A DNA stretch of 64,000 nucleotides from Terriglobia bacterium (GCA_951813285.1 OX638355.1:837136-901135), one strand, 5' to 3'; numbered from the stretch's first letter, positions 28,054 through 37,870 are shown. Numbers and translations: made by a program. Notes: a model not told the origin generated them from the sequence alone.

Positions 28054-30996
28054 TCACTCGCTCCCGGCCCTGGGCGGCCCCGCCAGCACGAGGTCCAGGG
28101 GCTCCTCACCGCAGTGTTTCAAGACCTCGGCGTAGGCTGCATCCCTCAATCGGATCATTTCCGGCCACCCCTGTCCTCTTGGCTGGATGGCCGGACTGAC
28201 AACCACCCGGAGGGGGGCTGGCGAGGGCAGCAACCGGCCGTCGCGGAGCACCTGCCGCGTTCCGTGAAGAGTCACCGGCAGCAGGAGGGATCCCGTATCG
28301 GCCGCCAACTTGAAGGCTCCCATCTGAAAGGGCCTCAGTCCACTGGCATGAGTGAAGGTGCCTTCAGGGAACAAGTGGATCGGGGTTCCGTTCAGCAACC
28401 TCTCCTCGATTCGGCGGCTGTCCTGAACCGCCTCGGGCACGTGTTCGCGGTCGACGGTGAGGTAATCGGACCGACGAATGAAGGTGCCCACGAAGGGCCA
28501 GGAGGCGGCCTCCCGCTTGGCCACAAAGCAAAAGTCGAAGGGCAGGGCCGCCACCAACACCAGGATATCCAGATAGCTGGCGTGGTTGGAAATGATCAGC
28601 AACCGCTGCTTGCCCGAACGGTCGACCGCCGGCAGGTGCTCCAGGCCGGCCACCACCGGCCGCAGCCCCCCCAATCGGAGAGTGATCCGCGAGATCCTTC
28701 TGAGCAGGGCCGGGCCGGCACGAGGTCCGGCTCGCGCGGGCGTCAACAGCAGCAACACCCAGCAGGGAAGGCCGACCGCAACCAGGACCATCCAGACGTA
28801 GCTGCCATAGACCCACCGCCCCGCGGCCCCGATTGCCCGGCGGCTCCGCTGTCGCAGGCTCCGGAGAGCCAGTCGAGCCACCTGCAACCAAACCGCCGAA
28901 CTCGGGGAATCGAGCTTGCCTTGCAGGTAGAGGCGGCGACAGCTGTCCCTTCGGATCTTGCCGCTGGAGGTCTTGGGGACGCTTTGGGGGGGAACCAGCA
29001 CAACCTCGTCAAGAGGGATTCCCAATTCGGAGTCCATCCTCTCCCTGATGGCCGCAGCCAGCCTCTCTTTCTCCTCGGGTCCGGTTCGACGCGTTTCGGC
29101 CACCAGCACCAGGCGCTCGCCCGCCATCCGTCTTCCACTGACTCCGAATGCAGCCACGCAGCCACGCCGAACGCCCTGGACATCCCCCGCGATATGCTCC
29201 AGTTCCTGGGGGTAGAGATTTCGCCCCCCCTGGATGATGATGTCTTTTACCCGCCCGGTTACGAAGAGTTCTCCATCCGCCAGGTAGCCCAGGTCACCCG
29301 TCTTCAACCAGTCGTCCTGAAAAACCTCGGCAGTGGCCTCGGCTCTTCCGAAGTAACCCTGCATGACGGAGGGCCCGCGACACTGAATGTGGCCCTGGGT
29401 GCGGTCGGGAAGCGGATCTCCGGCACTACTGACGATTCTTACCTGGTGTCCGGACAAAGGCCGGCCGGCCGAGACAAAGGTCAGCGGCTTCACGGCTTGA
29501 CCGGAGGCGGGCTTCGCCCGTCCGGTCCTTTCAAAAAGGGCCCTGTCGATGGGGTCCAGACGAGCCCTTCGGCTCAGGGGCGGGATGGTCACCGCCAGCG
29601 AAGACTCGGCCAGGCCATATACCGGCAGCAGGGTTTCCGGGCGGAAGCCATAGGGCTGAAACCGCCGTGAAAACCCCTCCAGGGTCTCGGGTTGAACCGG
29701 CTCGGCGCCGTTCAGCGTCGCCCGCAAACAGGAAACGTCCAGTCCCTCCAGGTCCTGAGCGTCGACCCGCCGCATGCAGAGCTCGTAGGCGAAGTTGGGC
29801 GCGGCCGAGAGAGTGGCGCGATAGCGGTGTATGGCCCACAGCCAGCGCTCCGGGCGGGTCAAAAACGCCTGGGGCGACAGGATCACGATAGGAACGCCCA
29901 GATAGAGGCAGGAGAGCCAGGCTCCGATCAGGCCCATGTCGTGGTAAAGGGGAAGCCAGCTCACCCCCACGTCCCTTGAGTCGATCTTCAGCGCCGCCGC
30001 GATGGCCCGAATATTGGCAATCAGATTGGAATGGGTCAAGACCACTCCCTTGGGGTCCCCGGTGCTCCCCGAGGTGTACTGAATGAAGGCGATATCCTGG
30101 GGCAGGGGCCGCACCACGGTCCCGGAGGCCTTGCCCAGGCTTTCGGGAGTCACCACCTTTTCCAGGCCCGGCACCTGGCCGCGCAACAGCCGCGCCAAGG
30201 ACCCGACCTCCTGAAAGGTCACCAGCAGCCGTGCCCCGGCATCGGCCAGTATCTTGGCCTGACGCTGGGCGTATTCCTCGATGCGGTTGGCCCGCCAGGG
30301 GGGATATAGGGGCACCGGAACGGCGCCGGCCAGGATGGCGCCGAAAAAAACCGGGAAGAATTCGGGGGCGGTGGGGAGCATGAGCGCAACCCGGTCCCCA
30401 GGTTGCACACCCGCCCGCTGCCGGAGGGCCGCCGCCACCGCAGCACTGTCCGAGAGCAGGCCGGCATAGGTGATCGGATGCATCTCCCCATTCTCCAGCC
30501 GCAATTGAATGTGGACCCGCTCCGGGGCGCTCTCGGCAAAATGGAAGAGAGCTTCCTCCAGGGTGGAGGGCCAACCGCCGTCGCGGTTCCAGGCATCCAC
30601 GCCTCCCGGCCGCGGACGGCCTTCCAACGTCTGCTGAATCAGGAGGGGGTCGGTGGAGTCAGTGGGGGGGGAGGGCGATGCCGAGATTTCGGCCCGAGGC
30701 CTGGCCGTCGTCACCGCCCGGACCAGGTCCCGGACTGTTTCGGCCCCGGCAAGGAGTTGGTCCGGCAACTTGAGAGAGAGCTCTCTTTCAAGTCGCAGCA
30801 GCAGCTCCACCCGTTCCAGGCTGGCCAGTCCCAGCTCACGCTCCAGCGAAGCCCTCGGCGAGAGGTGACGCAGGGCCCGGTGAGACCCCAGTTCAGCCAG
30901 GAAAGAACGAAGGACCCCGAGAATCTCTTCCTCCAATTCCTTCTGGTCCGGTTTCCCCGAGCCGGCAGGGGAGGGTTCAGTCTCCAGGGAATTCAT
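28054..30996 (-). CDS. tri-domain acyl carrier protein / fatty acyl-AMP ligase / lysophospholipid acyltransferase (Aas-like, domain order ACP-FAAL-AGPAT)
   Basis: The N-terminal carrier domain carries LGLASLERVELL. The adenylation core is FIQYTSGSTGDPKGVVLTHSNL (FAAL-like). The C-terminal LPLAT domain carries NHASYLD (HX4D) and FPEGT. Confidence 0.75.
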   Translation of the reverse strand: MNSLETEPSPAGSGKPDQKELEEEILGVLRSFLAELGSHRALRHLSPRASLERELGLASLERVELLLRLERELSLKLPDQLLAGAETVRDLVRAVTTARPRAEISASPSPPTDSTDPLLIQQTLEGRPRPGGVDAWNRDGGWPSTLEEALFHFAESAPERVHIQLRLENGEMHPITYAGLLSDSAAVAAALRQRAGVQPGDRVALMLPTAPEFFPVFFGAILAGAVPVPLYPPWRANRIEEYAQRQAKILADAGARLLVTFQEVGSLARLLRGQVPGLEKVVTPESLGKASGTVVRPLPQDIAFIQYTSGSTGDPKGVVLTHSNLIANIRAIAAALKIDSRDVGVSWLPLYHDMGLIGAWLSCLYLGVPIVILSPQAFLTRPERWLWAIHRYRATLSAAPNFAYELCMRRVDAQDLEGLDVSCLRATLNGAEPVQPETLEGFSRRFQPYGFRPETLLPVYGLAESSLAVTIPPLSRRARLDPIDRALFERTGRAKPASGQAVKPLTFVSAGRPLSGHQVRIVSSAGDPLPDRTQGHIQCRGPSVMQGYFGRAEATAEVFQDDWLKTGDLGYLADGELFVTGRVKDIIIQGGRNLYPQELEHIAGDVQGVRRGCVAAFGVSGRRMAGERLVLVAETRRTGPEEKERLAAAIRERMDSELGIPLDEVVLVPPQSVPKTSSGKIRRDSCRRLYLQGKLDSPSSAVWLQVARLALRSLRQRSRRAIGAAGRWVYGSYVWMVLVAVGLPCWVLLLLTPARAGPRAGPALLRRISRITLRLGGLRPVVAGLEHLPAVDRSGKQRLLIISNHASYLDILVLVAALPFDFCFVAKREAASWPFVGTFIRRSDYLTVDREHVPEAVQDSRRIEERLLNGTPIHLFPEGTFTHASGLRPFQMGAFKLAADTGSLLLPVTLHGTRQVLRDGRLLPSPAPLRVVVSPAIQPRGQGWPEMIRLRDAAYAEVLKHCGEEPLDLVLAGPPRAGSE

Positions 30997-31297
30997 GGAG
31001 TATGCGTCTTCCAGGCAGCCCGCCGCGGGGACTGCAGGGTTCGGTGCTGCCGATCAGGGGTTTGCGGGCGAAACCGCTGGCATCTTAGCACAGGTGGGTC
31101 AGCCGGACGGGCGGGCCCACCTGTCTCACCGGGGAAGTGAGCTCTTAGGGATTGATGAACTTGGGAGCCGAATTTGGGAATTGTTGGCGAAGAAAAAGTG
31201 ATGGCCGCACTCAAGGGAGTGAAAACTCTCCTGCCGGAGCATGCAGCCCATACCATTTTCCAATATCGGGTGCGACCTGGTGAAAAATGGGAGTTCA

Positions 31298-31487
31298 CCA
31301 CAAAAAGCACAAAAGTCACAAAACGAATTTCTTGATTTCGAGTCTTGACGATCCGAGGTTGATCCCCATGGCGTCGCGTTGACCGGATGTAGGCAGATAG
31401 CGCGGAACTTGTGCGACATGTTCGAGAGTCAACGCCTTGCAGGCTTTCAGTGTTCTGCTCTTTTTGTGTTTCTTGTGCCTTTTGTGG
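31298..31487. repeat. imperfect ~28-bp inverted repeat pair with TTTTGTG-heptad arms flanking a ~128-bp core
   Basis: The left arm CCACAAAAAGCACAAAAGTCACAAAACG (31298-31327) is compared with the right arm CTCTTTTTGTGTTTCTTGTGCCTTTTGTGG (31458-31487). They are about 80% identical as reverse complements. The core contains a nested IR GCGTTGAC...GTCAACGC. Confidence 0.6.
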
Positions 31488-31599
31488 CCATTCCCAGCAA
31501 AGGTCCCGCTACTGAATATTGTAATAGGCTGGAGAGTGAAACAATCAGAAATCGACCATCCCGTCGCGACCTTGGTACCCCGTCGCGGTTAACCCCAAC

Positions 31600-31640
31600 G
31601 CCTTCGTGGCCCTTCGTCGTCCTTCGTGGCCCTTCGTGGA
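31600..31640. repeat. 4 x 10-bp tandem repeat (CCTTCGTGGC-like) downstream of metK
   Basis: The sequence GCCTTCGTGG CCCTTCGTCG TCCTTCGTGG CCCTTCGTGG is read directly. Confidence 0.7.
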
Positions 31641-31671
31641 TAGCTCTTTTTCTTTTTCCTTTTGTTTCAAA

Positions 31672-32877
31672 TCAGCTCGCGCTGGATGCGGCTGCCCGGG
31701 CGAGCCGGCCCAAGGCTTCGGCCCGATCGGTCTTCTCCCAACTGAACGAACCGTCCGCGCCGACAGGCCTCCCGAAGTGGCCGTAGGCGGCCGTGGCCCT
31801 GAATATCGGGCGCTTCAGCGAGAGCGCGTCGATGATTCCCTTGGGGCGAAGATCGAAGACCTCTCGAACCACCCCCACCAGCTCCTCGCCGCTCAGCTTG
31901 CCGGTGCCGAAGGTGTCGACCAGAATCGAAACGGGACGCGCAACACCGATGGCATAAGCGAGCTGCACCTCGCATTTCGCCGCCAGGCCCGCCGCCACGA
32001 TGTTCTTGGCCACATAACGAGCCGCGTAGGCGGCGCTGCGATCCACCTTGGATGGGTCCTTCCCCGAAAATGCCCCGCCGCCGTGACGAGCCCAGCCCCC
32101 GTAGGTGTCCACGATGATCTTGCGGCCCGTCAATCCCGTATCCCCCTGGGGCCCTCCGCGGACAAATTTTCCCGTGGGATTGACATAGTACCGGGTCCGA
32201 TCGTCCAGCAGGCCGGCAGGGACGACGGGGCCCACAACCTGTTCCAGGACATCTTCATAGATCCGGCGGTGAGCAGCGCTTTCCTGATGCTGGGTCGAGA
32301 TGACCAGCGTATCGATGCGCGCCGGCTTGCCGTCCGCATATTCCACCGTCACCTGGCTCTTGCTGTCGGGCCGGATATAGTCCAGCGCTCCGATTTTACG
32401 CAGCCTGGCCAGTTCCTCGACCAGCTTCTGCGCCAGAACGATAGGGGTCGGCATGAGTTCGGGAGTCTCGTCACAGGCGTAGCCGAACATCATGCCCTGG
32501 TCCCCGGCCCCCTGCTCCTTGAAAAGCCCCGTGCCCTCGGTGACACCTTGAGAGATGTCCTCCGACTGGGGATCGATCCTGACGTCTACCCGACAGCTCC
32601 CATAGTCGAAACCAACTCCACCTTCCAGGTAGCCGATGTCCCGAATGGTGTCTCTGACGACGCTCTCGACGTCGACCGAGTCTTTGGCCTTGGAGGTCAC
32701 TTCCCCCGCAACCAGGCAATAGTCGGTGGTCACCAGCGTCTCGCAGGCGACTCGCGACTCCGGATCGGCGGCGATGTAGGCATCGACGATAGCGTCGGAA
32801 ACCTGATCCGCAACCTTGTCGGGATGTCCTTCCGAAACGGCCTCACTGGTGAACAGCATCCTTTCCGTATCTGCCAT
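31672..32877 (-). CDS. metK: S-adenosylmethionine synthetase
   Basis: The N-terminus [33 protein letters not shown] matches near-consensus MetK. The [23 protein letters not shown] motif is also present. Confidence 0.95.
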   Translation of the reverse strand: MADTERMLFTSEAVSEGHPDKVADQVSDAIVDAYIAADPESRVACETLVTTDYCLVAGEVTSKAKDSVDVESVVRDTIRDIGYLEGGVGFDYGSCRVDVRIDPQSEDISQGVTEGTGLFKEQGAGDQGMMFGYACDETPELMPTPIVLAQKLVEELARLRKIGALDYIRPDSKSQVTVEYADGKPARIDTLVISTQHQESAAHRRIYEDVLEQVVGPVVPAGLLDDRTRYYVNPTGKFVRGGPQGDTGLTGRKIIVDTYGGWARHGGGAFSGKDPSKVDRSAAYAARYVAKNIVAAGLAAKCEVQLAYAIGVARPVSILVDTFGTGKLSGEELVGVVREVFDLRPKGIIDALSLKRPIFRATAAYGHFGRPVGADGSFSWEKTDRAEALGRLARAAASSAS

Positions 32878-33142
32878 GACTGCCTACTCCCTCGATAGTC
32901 TCGTTACCGTCGCCGCAATCCAATGCTGCGGGTAAACCGGAAACTCGTCATATAATTCCACTTCAGCCCCGCCGGGAACCGTTTGGCCCGGTCCCTGGCC
33001 TTGGGGCGAGCGGCTGAACGATAGTCTTGGGCCTTCAGGTTTGTCAAGCCCATTGCCGTAGGGGTCGGGCGGGTGGAATAGTACTGTATCCAGCGACCCG
33101 GCGAGAAATACAGACCAGGATCAACAAGGAGCAGACGACGTC

Positions 33143-34318
33143 ATGACCCTCGATATCCAGGAAGTTCAAGAGCAGTTAACGGCCATGAAGATGGATGGAT
33201 GGCTGCTTTACGATTTTCAAGGCCTCAATCCGATTGCCCGAAAGCTGCTGGGGCTTCAGGATGCCCTGCTGACCAGACGTTGGTTCTGCTGGATCCCTTC
33301 CCGCGGCCCCGTGACCTTGCTTTGCCACCGTATCGAGCGTCAAGGGTTCGAGCAACTGCCTGCGCCCACCGTGCTCTTCAGCAGTTGGGAGGAGATGCAG
33401 ACGGGTCTGGAACGTCTGCTGCAGGGAAGCACACGGGTAGCCATGGAGTATTCTCCCCATTGCTACATTCCCTACGTTTCCAGGGTGGACGCCGGCACCC
33501 TGGAGCTGGTTCGAAGTCTCGGCAAGACGGTGGTTTCCTCGGCCGATCTGGTCCAATACTTCGAGGCTCGCTGGAGCCGGCAGCAGCTCCAGACCCACCT
33601 CCAGGCCAGTCGTCTGCTGATGGAAGTCTTGTTCGAGACCTTCCAACAGGTGGGGGAGGCCAGCCGCAACCGCGTTCCTCTCAACGAGCACCAGTTGCAA
33701 CAGAGCATGTGCCAAAGGTACCGGGAACGGGGCCTGGAGTCCTCTTCCCCTCCCATTGTGGCCGTCAACCAAAACAGCGGGAACCCTCACTATGAGCCAC
33801 GGGCCGGGGCTTCGGCACCCATCCGGACGGGGGACCTGCTGCTCATCGATTTCTGGGCCAAGCTTTCCACCTCGCAGGCCGTCTACGCCGACTACACCTG
33901 GGTTGCCTTCCTGGGAGAGTCGCTCCCCGCAAAGGTCGTCCGGGTCTGGGACATTGTTCGGGAAGCGCGGGACCGCACCCTCGAGTTCGTGCGTGCCGGG
34001 ACCAGCCGGCGGACCGCCGTACGGGGATGGGAAGTCGACGAGGTCGCCCGCCAGGTGATCTCCCGGGCCGGGTTCGGGGAGTATTTCATCCACCGGACCG
34101 GTCACAGCATTGGGGAGTCGGACCACGGCAACGGAGCCAACATGGATGGATTGGAAACCAGGGACGAACGGCTCCTGATTCCGCGCACCTGCTTTTCCAT
34201 AGAGCCGGGTGTCTACTTGCCGGATTTCGGAATCCGCAGCGAGTTGAACGTTTACCTGGGGGAGGAAGAGCTGGTGGTTACCGGGGACCCCATCCAGCAG
34301 GAGATACGAAAGATCTGA
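33143..34318 (+). CDS. M24-family metallopeptidase (Xaa-Pro aminopeptidase-like)
   Basis: HRTGHSIGESDHG and the pita-bread fold metal ligands are present. The protein is 391 aa. Confidence 0.8.
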   Translation: MTLDIQEVQEQLTAMKMDGWLLYDFQGLNPIARKLLGLQDALLTRRWFCWIPSRGPVTLLCHRIERQGFEQLPAPTVLFSSWEEMQTGLERLLQGSTRVAMEYSPHCYIPYVSRVDAGTLELVRSLGKTVVSSADLVQYFEARWSRQQLQTHLQASRLLMEVLFETFQQVGEASRNRVPLNEHQLQQSMCQRYRERGLESSSPPIVAVNQNSGNPHYEPRAGASAPIRTGDLLLIDFWAKLSTSQAVYADYTWVAFLGESLPAKVVRVWDIVREARDRTLEFVRAGTSRRTAVRGWEVDEVARQVISRAGFGEYFIHRTGHSIGESDHGNGANMDGLETRDERLLIPRTCFSIEPGVYLPDFGIRSELNVYLGEEELVVTGDPIQQEIRKI

Positions 34319-34336
34319 ACAGCCGGGGGGCGCCGC

Positions 34337-35158
34337 TCAGCCCCGCCTCCTGGAGAGGCGCCTGTCCAATGCAGTCAGGCTGTCGATGAGCTTTTTTCTC
34401 TGGGCGGAGGCAAAGCGATTCATCTGCTGCAGGTCGAGAAAGAGCTGGCTGGAATCGCCCCGCACATCCCGAAAAGCCCGGAACAGTTGGGCGGGGCCTG
34501 GCGTGGCCAGGGATTCCGAGTCCACTTTCATCCGGGAAAATCCTTGAGCCAGGAAGTGAAACAGGGCTTGCGTCCTGGCCATGGCTCGATCATGTTCGGT
34601 AGGCGTGGTCAGGGTCGCCTTCAACCCCAGGGTCTCGAGGTACTGTTTGACTTTCGGGACCCGCCCCCCCCTTCCCGGGCAGAGAACCACTTCCAACCCG
34701 GCGATCCCGTGCCGTCCCGTCTCCGGTCCGAAGAGGGGATGGGTCCCCAACACTTCGACCGACTCGGGGAAGTGTTCCAGCATGAGCCGAAGCGGCTCCT
34801 CCTTGACGGAGCAGGTGTCCATGACCAGTTGGCCCGGCGCCAGCAACGGCCCCAAGCGGCGGCACAGTCGCTCCATTTGGGAGATGGGGACGCAAAGCAG
34901 CAGGCAGGGCTTACGGGCTACCTCCTGCAGGGTGCCGCGGCAGACCTCCGGATCCCCCGAGGAACTCTTGGGGTCGTAGGCGGACACCGAGAAATCCCTG
35001 CCGAGGATCCGGGCGGCAAATTGACCGAACCTTCCAAAGCCGACGATGCCGATTTCCACACCTTCTCCCGATGAGTAGCCGGGGGCATGCCCCAATGGTG
35101 GTGGTTTGCGATGACCGTCTCGATGGAGGGGTGGGGAGCCCCAAGGCTGTCGATTCAA
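34337..35158 (-). CDS. tyrA: prephenate/arogenate dehydrogenase
   Basis: The Rossmann motif IGIVGFGRFG and the LGTHPLFGPE catalytic region are present. The true start may be downstream of the ORF start. Confidence 0.7.
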   Translation of the reverse strand: MNRQPWGSPPLHRDGHRKPPPLGHAPGYSSGEGVEIGIVGFGRFGQFAARILGRDFSVSAYDPKSSSGDPEVCRGTLQEVARKPCLLLCVPISQMERLCRRLGPLLAPGQLVMDTCSVKEEPLRLMLEHFPESVEVLGTHPLFGPETGRHGIAGLEVVLCPGRGGRVPKVKQYLETLGLKATLTTPTEHDRAMARTQALFHFLAQGFSRMKVDSESLATPGPAQLFRAFRDVRGDSSQLFLDLQQMNRFASAQRKKLIDSLTALDRRLSRRRG

Positions 35159-35256
35159 AACCCGGCGGAGGCCTGGGCGAGCAGGGGGGAGGGCGATTCA
35201 CAACCGGAGAGGCTCCCCTCCCGGCTGTGAATCGTTGGCTGAGACCGGAGAAGGGG

Positions 35257-36258
35257 CTACTTCAACTCTGCCATGGCGGCCTGCCTGATGCGGTCGAGAC
35301 CGTCCAGCGACCCCCCGGTGGCGGCTCTGAAGAGGGCCTCCAGGGCCTTTGTGGCCCGGCTACCGTAGTTGCCGCCGAGCCCCTCGGCTTGGGCCAGGAG
35401 CTTCATCGCCACCCGGTTCTCCTTCAGTTGCCATTGGCTCATTCCCATGTGGTAGTAGGCCGCGGAGTCTCTGGGCTTGAACCTCAAGCTGCTCCGGTAA
35501 TTGACCAGCGCCGGGCGCCACCGCTTTCGATTGAAGTGATTCAGCCCAATGGTTGCATAGAGCTGGCCCTTGACGTTGTTCCAGTTCTCCTCGGAAAAGC
35601 CGGGGGGCAGTTCAGCGCCTTCGTAAGCCGCCAGCATCTTTTGGGCGTAGCCCGCCGCTCGGCCGACACTTCTGCGCCGGGCGTAGTGATCAAAGAGCTT
35701 GATGTTGTAGGGAAATGCCTCCTTGTCGCTTTTCCCCTCGGTCACAATCCGGGCGTAGGTCCCGAACTTATTGCCGTCCTTTAGCTTGTCGTAGCAATCG
35801 GCCAAGGCGGCGGCGAGGCCCGGGGTAGGCTTCTTGGCATAGAGCTGCTCGCCGTACCTGGCCGCCTTGGAGTAGTTCTTGGTGGCGTAATAGGCCTCCA
35901 GAGCTCCTCCCAGTCCTCTTTCGTCGCCCGGCAGCAGTCGAAGCAACTCCTCCGACGCGCGGCCCAGCGCAGCCATGTCCTTCTTCTGGTAAAGTTCCAC
36001 CACCCACTGCTGAGTGGCGCTGAGGGCTTGTTTTTGCGCGTAGTCCTTATACTGCGAGTCCGGGTGGGCCCTGACAAACGCGTTCAGCGCATCGGCCTTT
36101 GCCTTCCAACCGTTGGCCTTCAGCGCCTTATCCAGCACGGCGTATTCCTTCCGGGCCTTTGCGTTCGGGTCCGCCTGCGCCGGTGCCGCCATCAAGGGAT
36201 CGAGGGACAACCCCAACCCCAGCAACAGTGTTAGAACCAAGGATGCGACTTTTACCAT
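35257..36258 (-). CDS. secreted TPR-repeat protein
   Basis: The signal peptide is MVKVASLVLTLLLGLGLSLDPLMAAPAQA. TPR-like helical repeats follow. The RBS is GGGAGGA. Confidence 0.55.
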   Translation of the reverse strand: MVKVASLVLTLLLGLGLSLDPLMAAPAQADPNAKARKEYAVLDKALKANGWKAKADALNAFVRAHPDSQYKDYAQKQALSATQQWVVELYQKKDMAALGRASEELLRLLPGDERGLGGALEAYYATKNYSKAARYGEQLYAKKPTPGLAAALADCYDKLKDGNKFGTYARIVTEGKSDKEAFPYNIKLFDHYARRRSVGRAAGYAQKMLAAYEGAELPPGFSEENWNNVKGQLYATIGLNHFNRKRWRPALVNYRSSLRFKPRDSAAYYHMGMSQWQLKENRVAMKLLAQAEGLGGNYGSRATKALEALFRAATGGSLDGLDRIRQAAMAELK

Positions 36259-36641
36259 GATATCCTCCCAACGACACTTCATTGGCATTGCCCTTCCCTG
36301 GCTTGCCGACGAAGAGCATTCCTTAACTGGTCTCAAACAGGTAAAGGGAATTATCGGGATTTGCCGGTTGCCTGTCAATAGTCATGCAACTCCGGCGCGG
36401 TGGAAGGGGCAACCCGGCCTCCACCGGGACACCTCTGCCGGATGAGAGGCCGCCGAAAGGGTTTCGGAATCGACGGCTTGGATGCTATAAGAACCCTTGG
36501 ACTCTGCCTCGGCTCGGACCAAGGCATCCCGCACCCTCACAAAGGAGTTGGCACTTGAACAGGAAGACCGACCGGACTTCGGAGGACGCCCCCACGCCGT
36601 CTCATCCCAATGAGCCGGCTGGCAGGATCGAGAGCTACAGC

Positions 36642-36923
36642 ATGCTGGCTCCGCGCATGAAGAGGATCTACTTCGATTTCTACGCGGAGACCTACAAGGA
36701 ATCCCGTCTGGACCGCAAGACCAAGGAGCTCATCGCGATTTCCGCCTCGCTGACGGCCAAGTGTCAGGGCTGCCTGGAGGGCCACATCAAGAAGGCCATC
36801 AAGCTGGGCGTTACCAAGGAAGAAATCAGCGAGACCATCGCCATCGCCATGGGAGTCAACGCCGCGGCCGTCGTGGATGTGACCGATATCGCCGCAGCCA
36901 ACCTCAACCTGAAACACTACTGA
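36642..36923 (+). CDS. carboxymuconolactone decarboxylase/AhpD-like family protein
   Basis: AKCQGCLEGH matches the CxxCxxxH motif of the CMD/AhpD core. The protein is about 93 aa. Confidence 0.65.
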   Translation: MLAPRMKRIYFDFYAETYKESRLDRKTKELIAISASLTAKCQGCLEGHIKKAIKLGVTKEEISETIAIAMGVNAAAVVDVTDIAAANLNLKHY

Positions 36924-37090
36924 ACGTCTGCGCGCCAGCACGCGGTCGAGGACTGTCTTCGAAACACACTCCCAATTATTGGCGACAGAGCTGCTGCAAA
37001 CGGACTCTTCTGCCTAATGTAAGAGAATTTGCGGCCTTGTTTGCGAAAGGCTTTCCCCGAAAGCGCCCCCGGCGGCGCACTCTCCCCCCT

Positions 37091-37798
37091 ATGGAACAGC
37101 CTCCTCAACCCGCCGGCAGTGGTTCCGGGAACGGTCTCCGTCTCAGTGAATCGGAGACTCGGGCGCAAGCCTTCTATGACCGTTGGATCGGAAAGGGTGA
37201 CCTGTTCTCCCAACTGGGGCGGGCGGTCTTCAGCCTGAGCGGCACGGTCTACGCCGGCGGCTTCATCCGGGCCGGCGGCCTGCGACCCGAGGATCGGGTG
37301 CTGGAGGTCGGTTCGGGACTGGGCAAGATCCTGACGGCCAGTCAACGTCGCGTCTGCGCAAAACAGCCCTACTTCGGGATCGACCTGTCCTACGAAATGG
37401 TGCGGCGAGCCCGAAGGGACCTGGATCCGCGACGGCCGCCGCTCCACTTTCTGGTCGCCAGTGCGCTACAAATGCCCTTCCGCGGCCACTGTTTCGATGT
37501 GGTCCTGCTCTCCCACGTGGTGAAGTACCTGACCGACCCGCAGTTACGCCTGGTGCTGGCCCAGGTGAGGGACTTGCTGGGCCCGGGAGGCCGGATCGTT
37601 CTCTGGGAGTTCCGGCCCTATCCCTGGGGTGCGATCAATCGCACCATCCTGCGCGGCAGCCGCTCGCACAAGCTCCGCAGCGCGACCGAACTGGTTTCTC
37701 TCCTTCAGGAACAGGGTTACCGCAACCTGCAGCCCTTCAGCATTCACACCCCCTGGCCCCCCTTCCGCAACCTGGCCTTCAGCGGACAGCCGGAGTGA
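37091..37798 (+). CDS. class I SAM-dependent methyltransferase
   Basis: VLEVGSGLGKIL matches motif I (GxGxG). The protein is 235 aa. Confidence 0.7.
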   Translation: MEQPPQPAGSGSGNGLRLSESETRAQAFYDRWIGKGDLFSQLGRAVFSLSGTVYAGGFIRAGGLRPEDRVLEVGSGLGKILTASQRRVCAKQPYFGIDLSYEMVRRARRDLDPRRPPLHFLVASALQMPFRGHCFDVVLLSHVVKYLTDPQLRLVLAQVRDLLGPGGRIVLWEFRPYPWGAINRTILRGSRSHKLRSATELVSLLQEQGYRNLQPFSIHTPWPPFRNLAFSGQPE

Positions 37799-37870
37799 AT
37801 CGACTCGCCGGCGCGCCTTTTCCCGCGCCCCTGTCCCGATTGGAGAGACCCTCTTTGATGATTGTTTCTC

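Noticed and set aside
31126-31419. A 97-aa minus-strand ORF with a CDFCAFC cysteine motif inside the low-GC intergenic region.
   Set aside because: It has no RBS or family resemblance. It lies across inverted-repeat elements and has atypical codon composition. It is more likely non-coding.
32878-33142. A SAM riboswitch upstream of metK.
   Set aside because: I could not find the conserved cores of SAM-I, SAM-II or SAM-IV by inspection. It is left as an open check rather than a feature.
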